NCBI GenBank assembly: GCA_041674805.1 | Contig: JBAYVA010000002.1 | Span: forward strand, 184,294-248,293 | DNA from: Candidatus Magasanikiibacteriota bacterium | GTDB taxonomy: Bacteria; Patescibacteriota; Patescibacteriia; Magasanikbacterales; UBA922 | DNA: 64,000 bases | Direction of reading: 5' to 3' | In this document: positions 57,532 to 64,000 of the stretch, piece by piece | Layout of the letters: every line of letters begins with the position of its first letter | Numbering within the stretch: the stretch's first letter is position 1 | Notes under the pieces: model-generated | Told to the model about the DNA's origin: nothing | Seen by the model: the letters and a program-made list of their open reading frames with translations, nothing else | Databases searched by the model: none | Position numbers and translations under genes: made by a program

Positions 57532-57624
57532 GCAGAGACAGCAGAAACAGCTGTCAGCAGATACAGCAGATTCAGTTGTTTATCTCAATGTATCTCTATT
57601 TTATCTCAATTTTATTTAAGAAAG

Positions 57625-57652
57625 ATCCCTCGCTGTATCCTCAGCTCGGGAT
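57625..57652 (+). promoter_or_regulatory. Hairpin-family copy 4, 12 nt before the ATG at 57665.
   Basis: ATCCCtcGCTGtatcctCAGCtcGGGAT. Confidence 0.5.
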
Positions 57653-57664
57653 GACGGAAAAATT

Positions 57665-58897
57665 ATGAAAGTAGCAATAATAGGTGGAGGAGCGGCTGGC
57701 ATGATGTGTGCGGCGACAATTGTAGAAGAACATCCAGAGGTGGAAGTGTTTTTGATTGAAAAAAATAATTCTTTGGGTAAAAAAGTGATTATCTCTGGGG
57801 GTGGGCGTTGCAATGTGACGACTGGAATTGATGATTTGAAATTGGTTTTGAGCAAATATCCTCGGGGTAATAAGTTTTTACAATCGGCTATGCATAGATT
57901 TCCACCAAGCAAAGTTTTTGAATGGTTTGAAAATCATGGAGTAGAACTCAAATGCGAAGATGATTTGCGGGTTTTTCCTGTTTCCAATGATGGTCATGAT
58001 ATTGTTGCTGTATTTGAAAAAATATTTAAAAATGCAAAAACAAATTTACTTTTCAAACACAATATGAAAAATATTGTGAAGAAAAAAAATAAATTTGTAA
58101 TATCTTTTGCTGAACAAGAAGATTTGGAAGTAGACAAAGTCGTCATGGCTCTGGGTGGACAGGCTTATCGTCAGACTGGCTCAACTGGAGATGGTTATGA
58201 TATTTTGGAAAAACTGGGTCACAAAATTACTGAGTTGTCACCAAGTCTAAACTCTTTTTTAACTCAAGAAAAATGGCCAAAAGAATTGTCAGGTCTTTCT
58301 TTTGTCAAAGCTGTGATAAAAGTCAAAGGTCATAAAAAATATCAATTCACAGGACCTTTTCTGTTTACACATACGGGTGTAAGTGGACCAGCTGTTTTCG
58401 CTTTGTCAGCGATGATTGCTTTTGAAAAATATGATAGACAAAACCCGTTAGAAATTTTGATAGATGTTTTGCCGGACAAAAATGTAGAAGAATTGTTTGT
58501 TGAATTGCAAAGATTGCGTGAAGAAAGTTTACAAAAAACATTCAAAAATACTTTGCACAATTTTTTGGTAAAATCTCTTAGTGAAAAAGTTTGTGAAAAT
58601 TTGAAGATTGATTTTGAAAAGAAAAATGTTGAGATGAGCAAAAAAGATTTGCGAGCAGTAGCCGAATATATCAAAGCTTTGCCTCTAAAAATTATTGGTC
58701 GTGGGGCAGGGGACGAATTTGTGACTGCTGGTGGAGTAGAGTTGTCAGAAGTCGATCCAAAGACTATGGAATCAAAAATTTGTTCTGGGCTCTATTTTGC
58801 GGGAGAAATTCTGGATATTGATGGTTTTACTGGTGGATTCAATCTCCAGGCTTCTTGGGCGACGGGGAGAGCGGCGGGACTGGCGGTTGTTGACTAG
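57665..58897 (+). CDS. FAD-dependent oxidoreductase of the HI0933/BaiN family.
   Basis: 'KVAIIGGGAAGMMCAA' dinucleotide fold, 'ISGGGRCNVT' and C-terminal 'GEILDIDGFTGGFNLQ'. Confidence 0.8.
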   Translation: MKVAIIGGGAAGMMCAATIVEEHPEVEVFLIEKNNSLGKKVIISGGGRCNVTTGIDDLKLVLSKYPRGNKFLQSAMHRFPPSKVFEWFENHGVELKCEDDLRVFPVSNDGHDIVAVFEKIFKNAKTNLLFKHNMKNIVKKKNKFVISFAEQEDLEVDKVVMALGGQAYRQTGSTGDGYDILEKLGHKITELSPSLNSFLTQEKWPKELSGLSFVKAVIKVKGHKKYQFTGPFLFTHTGVSGPAVFALSAMIAFEKYDRQNPLEILIDVLPDKNVEELFVELQRLREESLQKTFKNTLHNFLVKSLSEKVCENLKIDFEKKNVEMSKKDLRAVAEYIKALPLKIIGRGAGDEFVTAGGVELSEVDPKTMESKICSGLYFAGEILDIDGFTGGFNLQASWATGRAAGLAVVD

Positions 58898-58940
58898 TTG
58901 TGGTAATATATTTTTGTAATTTTGTTATATTTATATATTT

Positions 58941-61535
58941 ATGGCTGATAAAAGAGAACCTTTTGGGGGAACATTATCATTAGAAATAGAATCAAAAGAA
59001 GAGGGTAATGCTGAACTTGATTTTTTATTGAGTAAAATAAGAGAAATAAAAAGTATTTTAGAGTTGTTTCCTTATATGGATATGACAATACTTTATGATT
59101 TAACTAGTAAAGAAGAAAAAAAAGAAACGGTTCAAGATTTATTGGATCTTTTGAAAAAAGTGGAAGATGAGATAAAAACAAAATTTGAGTCTGGGGAATT
59201 AGTTAGTCAAGATGATGTTGATAAGTATCTTAAATTATTAAATTTTTTGGAAGTAGATTTTTGGAGTTTGATGTCAGAAAAAATTTCTCAAAAAGCAGGG
59301 TTTTCTTACAAAGCAGTACTTGAATGGCCAGAAGAATATTTAGATCGTGATTTTCTTTCTCAAAAAACAAAAGTTTTTGATACATTTGTTAAATCAGTTT
59401 TGACTTCAGCAGAATATTCTTATGAAGCTGTGTTGAGTTGGCCAGAAGAATATTTGGACAAGACTTTGAAAGGAGAAAGTGAAACAGTTTTTGCTAGATT
59501 GGTAAGGGAAGTCTTGACTTCTATAGAATATTCTTATGAAGCTGTATTGAGTTGGCCAAAAGAATATTTGGATAAAACTTTGGATGGTGATAATGAGACC
59601 ATTTTTGCTAGATTAGTAAAAGAAGTTAGGATATTAGCGGAATATTCTTATAAAGCACTAATGAATTGGAAGGAGGAATATTTACTTAGAACTTTGGAAG
59701 GTTGTAATGGCAATGTCGTGTCTATCTTGACTGCGGCGGTTTCTGATCCTGAGATTGAATCTTCTTCACTTTATTCAAGTCAAATGATTTTGGGATGGTC
59801 AGACATCTACAAAAAAAGTCCTTATAATTATACACCTGAAGACTATGCTAGATTTTTTAATCAAGTTTTAACAAATCCAAAATTAGTCGTTGATATTTTT
59901 GAAGAAAATTTTTCTTATTTTTCTGTGTCCGAGTTAGAATCATTGTTGAAAAGTGTTGTTTCTTCGCAGAAAGCTATTTATTATGCGTTAACAACTTGGG
60001 ATAGTAGTACACTTGATAAAAAAATAGGAAAAGATGGTAAAGATATTTTTTTTGTTTTAGCTTCAAATCTGGATTTTAATCATGTTGACAATTTAAATCT
60101 TAATAGTTTGTGTTTGTTATCAGAAGATAAATATTTAGATAGAGTTTTGGATGGAAAAAATACTTTTTTTACAAAATCAATATTGGCAATTCGTGATAGT
60201 ACAAATTTGTTTATTTATCTTCCAGCTTATTTTAGCAAAGATTATTTGTCTAGAAGTATGCCAGATACAGACAAAACTATCTTTGATCTGGTGGTGGAAA
60301 AAGCCCTAAAAATACCTTATTTTGCCTATGTGGCTGCTTTGAATTGGCAAAAAGAATTTTTGGATATAGTACAAGAAGGTGAAAATGAAAGTATACTTTC
60401 TAGACTTTTGGATGTTGTCAAAAAAGATAGCGAGTATTCTCAATTATTGTTAGTTACTTATAGCGAAGACAGTTCTACTCTAGATAGTCATTTTGTTGAT
60501 TTAGTTGAAAAAGTATTAGAATCTCCAGAATTTTCATATGAGGCTTTGTTGACTTGGCCAGAAGATCATTTGAATAAAATTATTTCTGGAAGTGCTGAAA
60601 CTGTTTTTTCAAGACTTTATGAAAAAGCATTACTTTTTGTGGAAGAGAAAAAAGAAAATAAATATAAATTATTTTTATTTTTGACAAAAAAACAGAGTGA
60701 ATCTAGTAGTATAAAAGATATTACACAATTTTTAGCTAGTTTGAGAGAAAGTTTAATAAAAGATGAGAGTTTTTATTTTTGGATTATTGGTAAATTGTAT
60801 CAGAAAGATAAAGATGTGTTAAAATTATTGGAGGATTTAGAAATTTTTGAAAAACTTATTGAATCTGTTTCTAATGATCCTAAAGATAGTGGTATTTTGT
60901 TAACTTCTTTGCCAGATTATTTATTGGATAAAACAGTTGGGGATAAAGAAGACAATACTTTTTCAAAATTGGTGAGAAAAAGTTTTGATGCTGAAAATTA
61001 TACTATTGTTCATACTTTATTAAATTTGGATTATTCATATTTAAATAGATGTTTACCTGGTGATGCTGAAAAAATATTTTATAAATATATAAGGTTAGTA
61101 ATTAATGATCCAAATTCTGCTCATTCACTTTTGTTGTTTTTGTCTGATAATTTACTTTTTGATACTTTGCCAGGTGATGATATGAGCATTTTTTTTAGAT
61201 TGGTTGAAACTGTTTCAACAAGTCCAAAATCTTCACTAGATTCTATTAAAGAAATATCTGAAGCAAAATTATATAGAAAATTTCCAGGTACAGGCAAAAG
61301 AGTTATTGAAATGTTTGTTGATTCTGTTTTGCAAGATCATCGATGGGTAAGTGATTTGATTCTTCATTGTGAAATACTTTTTTTAGAGTATATCATTCCA
61401 GATGATAACAAAAGTGTTTTAAAAAAGTTAGTTTCGGTTTTATCTGATGATGAGATCGTTAGATTGAAAAACCTTTTTTTAAGTAATAATCGAAAATTAC
61501 GTAGGAAGGATTTATTTTTAGAAGCAATTAAATAA
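58941..61535 (+). CDS. Large cytoplasmic helical-repeat protein of unknown function, with about 38-aa repeats.
   Basis: '(Y/F)SYEAVLSWPEEYLDKTL.G..ETVFARLV.EV' recurs at least 12 times with increasing divergence; no signal peptide or TM helix. Confidence 0.6.
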   Translation: MADKREPFGGTLSLEIESKEEGNAELDFLLSKIREIKSILELFPYMDMTILYDLTSKEEKKETVQDLLDLLKKVEDEIKTKFESGELVSQDDVDKYLKLLNFLEVDFWSLMSEKISQKAGFSYKAVLEWPEEYLDRDFLSQKTKVFDTFVKSVLTSAEYSYEAVLSWPEEYLDKTLKGESETVFARLVREVLTSIEYSYEAVLSWPKEYLDKTLDGDNETIFARLVKEVRILAEYSYKALMNWKEEYLLRTLEGCNGNVVSILTAAVSDPEIESSSLYSSQMILGWSDIYKKSPYNYTPEDYARFFNQVLTNPKLVVDIFEENFSYFSVSELESLLKSVVSSQKAIYYALTTWDSSTLDKKIGKDGKDIFFVLASNLDFNHVDNLNLNSLCLLSEDKYLDRVLDGKNTFFTKSILAIRDSTNLFIYLPAYFSKDYLSRSMPDTDKTIFDLVVEKALKIPYFAYVAALNWQKEFLDIVQEGENESILSRLLDVVKKDSEYSQLLLVTYSEDSSTLDSHFVDLVEKVLESPEFSYEALLTWPEDHLNKIISGSAETVFSRLYEKALLFVEEKKENKYKLFLFLTKKQSESSSIKDITQFLASLRESLIKDESFYFWIIGKLYQKDKDVLKLLEDLEIFEKLIESVSNDPKDSGILLTSLPDYLLDKTVGDKEDNTFSKLVRKSFDAENYTIVHTLLNLDYSYLNRCLPGDAEKIFYKYIRLVINDPNSAHSLLLFLSDNLLFDTLPGDDMSIFFRLVETVSTSPKSSLDSIKEISEAKLYRKFPGTGKRVIEMFVDSVLQDHRWVSDLILHCEILFLEYIIPDDNKSVLKKLVSVLSDDEIVRLKNLFLSNNRKLRRKDLFLEAIK
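59298..59753. repeat. Four tandem 114-nt coding repeats, the middle two nearly identical at the nucleotide level, inside the helical-repeat protein gene.
   Basis: 'gaatattcttatgaagctgt' recurs at 59412 and 59526, with related units at 59298 and 59640. Confidence 0.8.
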
Positions 61536-61557
61536 TTAATAATTAATAATTAATTTT

Positions 61558-61818
61558 ATGCCAAAAGAAACATACAAAGTATCTGGTGACAAACTTGTCA
61601 CTAAAGTAAAACAAATTATCAAAGAAGGTAATGCTCGTAAGATTATTATCAAAAATGAAGAAGGAAAAAAACTAATTGAATTTCCAATCACTATTGGAGC
61701 TATTGGAGTTTTGGCAGCACCACTTATCGCAGCTGTCGGTGCTATGGCAGCTTTGCTTACTAATTGTGAGATTGAGGTAGAGAAGAAGAGTACTGTTAGT
61801 GACAAAAAGTCTAAGTAA
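61558..61818 (+). CDS. DUF4342-domain small protein.
   Basis: 'KIIIKNEEGKKLIEFPITIGAIGVLAAPLIAAVGAMAALL'. Confidence 0.55.
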   Translation: MPKETYKVSGDKLVTKVKQIIKEGNARKIIIKNEEGKKLIEFPITIGAIGVLAAPLIAAVGAMAALLTNCEIEVEKKSTVSDKKSK

Positions 61819-61955
61819 AACAATCCGGATATACAGATAATACGGATTTACGGATTTGGCCTACGCAAAAAATTGTCTGTGGTAATTTGTGTAATATTTG
61901 TGTTATTTAATATAGTATAATCTAAAAAATTTTTAATACAGTAATAATATAATTT

Positions 61956-62276
61956 ATGGATTTAGTTATTGAAATAATAAAAGAAGGAGAAGGTCAAGAA
62001 GCTCAACATGGTGATACTGTTTCAGTACATTATGTTGGTACTTTTGAGGATGGTAATAAGTTTGATTCAAGTGTAGACAGAGGTCAGCCTTTTTCTTTTT
62101 TACTTGGTCGTGGTATGGTTATTGAAGGTTGGGATAAAGGTGTACAAGGTATGAAAGTAGGAGAGAAAAGAAAATTAACAATTCCTTATGAGCTTGGTTA
62201 TGGAGAAAATGGTTATGGTCCAATTCCACCCAAAGCAACTTTGATTTTCGAAGTAGAACTATTGGGAATTGAATAA
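61956..62276 (+). CDS. FKBP-type peptidyl-prolyl cis-trans isomerase.
   Basis: '[21 protein letters not shown]...[33 protein letters not shown]'. Confidence 0.9.
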   Translation: MDLVIEIIKEGEGQEAQHGDTVSVHYVGTFEDGNKFDSSVDRGQPFSFLLGRGMVIEGWDKGVQGMKVGEKRKLTIPYELGYGENGYGPIPPKATLIFEVELLGIE

Positions 62277-62319
62277 TTATCTGTTATAATATAAACATTA
62301 TTTATATAAGTTATACAAT

Positions 62320-62910
62320 ATGAAGAAAAGTAACTTGAGTTTGTTAGTAGTAGCTTTTAGTATGCTTTTTGTGGGAGCTGGTTGTTCTTACGAAGCATCA
62401 GTTGGTGAAGTAAAAGATTTACCTCTTCCTGTTAGCGAGGTAAAAGAAGTTACTGTAGCTGATAAAAGTGGTAATTTTAATATCAGTGGTAATATTGCCG
62501 AAGATTGGACAGAAAACAAAGAAGCTGACCCTCGTGTATTAACAATGTTTTTTTCTCCAGAAGCAGAAGGTGATGCTTTTCGTGAAAATATAAATATTAT
62601 GGGTTTTCTTTTTGCCGAAGGTGAAGCAGAAATGACAATTGATGAATATGTAGATAGTGCAATGGCTGGATCTGAACAAGCTCCTGGTTACAAACTTTTG
62701 TCTAGAAAATCTCTTACAGTAGATGGTTATCCTGCAATTACTGTTGCTTATCAAGCTGATAATGCTAAAGCAGGACGTTTACAATTTGAACAAACACTTT
62801 TCAAAACAGAAAAAGAAGGTTTTCTTGTAACTTTTACAGGAACTCCAGAAGGTGTTGTAAAATTTGAACAAGATTATCAAGATTTCTTGAAGAGTATTAG
62901 TGTAAAATAA
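62320..62910 (+). CDS. Putative lipoprotein.
   Basis: Signal peptide with lipobox 'FVGAGCS'; 196 aa. Confidence 0.5.
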   Translation: MKKSNLSLLVVAFSMLFVGAGCSYEASVGEVKDLPLPVSEVKEVTVADKSGNFNISGNIAEDWTENKEADPRVLTMFFSPEAEGDAFRENINIMGFLFAEGEAEMTIDEYVDSAMAGSEQAPGYKLLSRKSLTVDGYPAITVAYQADNAKAGRLQFEQTLFKTEKEGFLVTFTGTPEGVVKFEQDYQDFLKSISVK

Positions 62911-62964
62911 TTTTTACAAAAAAATAAAAACAGTCTCGTTAACGGGACTGTTTTTTGTTATATT

Positions 62965-63174
62965 TTATTTTTTCTTTTCTAGACTATCTGTAATAAGCAT
63001 TATGAGTAGACCTGCTAGGAAAATTGCTCCAAATGTATAAGAAGTTTTCCAAAGAGCATCTACAGCCACTGCTTTATCAAGCATATCCCAGATATACATG
63101 AGACCTATAGCAAGAGAAACTAGCAATAAAATTACAACCAAGATTCCTAAAAATTGTAATATTTTTTTGAACAT
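62965..63174 (-). CDS. Hypothetical small membrane protein.
   Basis: 69 aa with two TM helices; a terminator-like hairpin lies at 62921-62950. Confidence 0.35.
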   Translation of the reverse strand: MFKKILQFLGILVVILLLVSLAIGLMYIWDMLDKAVAVDALWKTSYTFGAIFLAGLLIMLITDSLEKKK

Positions 63175-63377
63175 ATATTTTTAGTTTATTAATTATTGTT
63201 TAATTATAGCATTTTTTAATTTAAAATCAAGCTTGCTTTTAGCAATTTTTCTTCAAACTTGTTATAATACATTCTCATTTAATTTGCACTCGCCTTCGTT
63301 TAATGCGGATTAAGTAAGGCGAACTTTAAAGTTTGATTTCTTACAGATTTCATCTAGACTGAGAATAAATTGATTTT

Positions 63378-64000
63378 ATGATTAACAAAACACAAAAAAT
63401 TCTTTTCGTTGATTTTTATGGTATTTTATCTAATACCCGTTTTTGGTTTAGTTTGCAAAATCCTGAGCATAAACACCATAAATATTTGGAGAATATTCAA
63501 GATTTCTTATTTGTACAAAATAGACCACTGCTCGATGAATGGATGCGTGGTAAATATACTAGCGAAGATATTCATAGATTATTGGAAGAAAAATTTGGAG
63601 TAGAGTTTGATGAATTGTTTGATGTTTTTGTAAAAGATTGTGAACAAATTGAATTGTCACAAAACATTTTAGATAAGTTGCAAACTTTGCCAGATGAGTA
63701 TTTGCGTATTATGGTGACGGACAATATGGATTCTTTTGATAGATTCATTTTGCCAGCTAATAAGATTTTGCAAAGTAGTTTTCATGGAATCAATAATTCT
63801 TTTTACGTTAAGAAATTAAAATCTGACAAAAATGGTGAATGGTTTCTGGATATCGCAAATAAATATGATATTAGAATAGAAGATTGTATTTTGATAGATG
63901 ATTCATTGCAGAATTGTGAGACATTTCAAAAATTGGGTGGAAAGTATTATAATAGTCAGACAGAAGACGATGTCTTGTCAGCTTTAAATAATTTTATCAA
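63378..64000 (+). CDS. HAD-superfamily-like hydrolase, 3'-partial (runs off the window). It is absent from the ORF track because no stop codon is reached.
   Basis: Manual translation from the ATG at 63378 gives MINKTQKILFVDFYGILSN...RIMVTDN...ILIDDSLQN with no stop through 64000. These read as HAD motif I-like 'FVDFYG', a motif II-like Thr and a motif IV-like 'DD'. Confidence 0.45.
   Translation, partial: MINKTQKILFVDFYGILSNTRFWFSLQNPEHKHHKYLENIQDFLFVQNRPLLDEWMRGKYTSEDIHRLLEEKFGVEFDELFDVFVKDCEQIELSQNILDKLQTLPDEYLRIMVTDNMDSFDRFILPANKILQSSFHGINNSFYVKKLKSDKNGEWFLDIANKYDIRIEDCILIDDSLQNCETFQKLGGKYYNSQTEDDVLSALNNFI

Noticed and set aside
63409-63603. 64-aa ORF given in the ORF track.
   Set aside because: A different frame starting at 63378 stays open to the window edge with HAD-like motifs and is a more plausible gene. 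The 64-aa ORF overlaps it out of frame.

Overview
This is an AT-rich (about one-third GC by eye) bacterial chromosomal segment; compact housekeeping operons mix with membrane, surface and glycan-related genes and many short hypothetical proteins. That gene content and style is consistent with a small-genome, host-dependent lineage such as Patescibacteria/CPR, but this is an inference I could not test. Confidently recognisable genes are gyrA, rpsA, a class II photolyase, recA, ftsK, rpoB-rpoC, a YebC-family regulator, ruvC, gap, pgk, chorismate mutase, trpS, a zur-znuA-znuC-znuB zinc-uptake cluster, cspA, a DEAD-box helicase, an LCP-family protein, a GH3 glycosidase and an FKBP. A cell-envelope glycan locus holds two paralogous Wzy-like polymerases, a Wzx flippase and a SpoIID/RodZ-like pair, next to two tRNA-Ser(CGA) loci. 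Beyond the protein genes, several unexplained non-coding structures stand out: a four-copy about 30-nt hairpin family with compensatory base changes sitting immediately 5' of start codons; a complete tRNA-Asn nested between the two halves of a second tRNA-like gene and bracketed by a 9-bp inverted repeat; a GC-rich palindromic about 100-nt interspersed element in two inverted copies plus a partial third; period-9 to -12 degenerate tandem repeats in spacers after highly expressed genes; and a rearrangement scar where a 45-nt piece of the flippase gene abuts a 3'-damaged tRNA-Ser copy. At the protein level the most unusual item is an operon encoding a dCMP-deaminase-like domain fused to a transmembrane helix and an unknown C-terminal domain, followed by a YfbR-like HD phosphohydrolase and a cupin. 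No CRISPR array, transposase, integrase or reverse transcriptase was found. All calls rest on reading the sequence and six-frame translations by eye, with no database searches.
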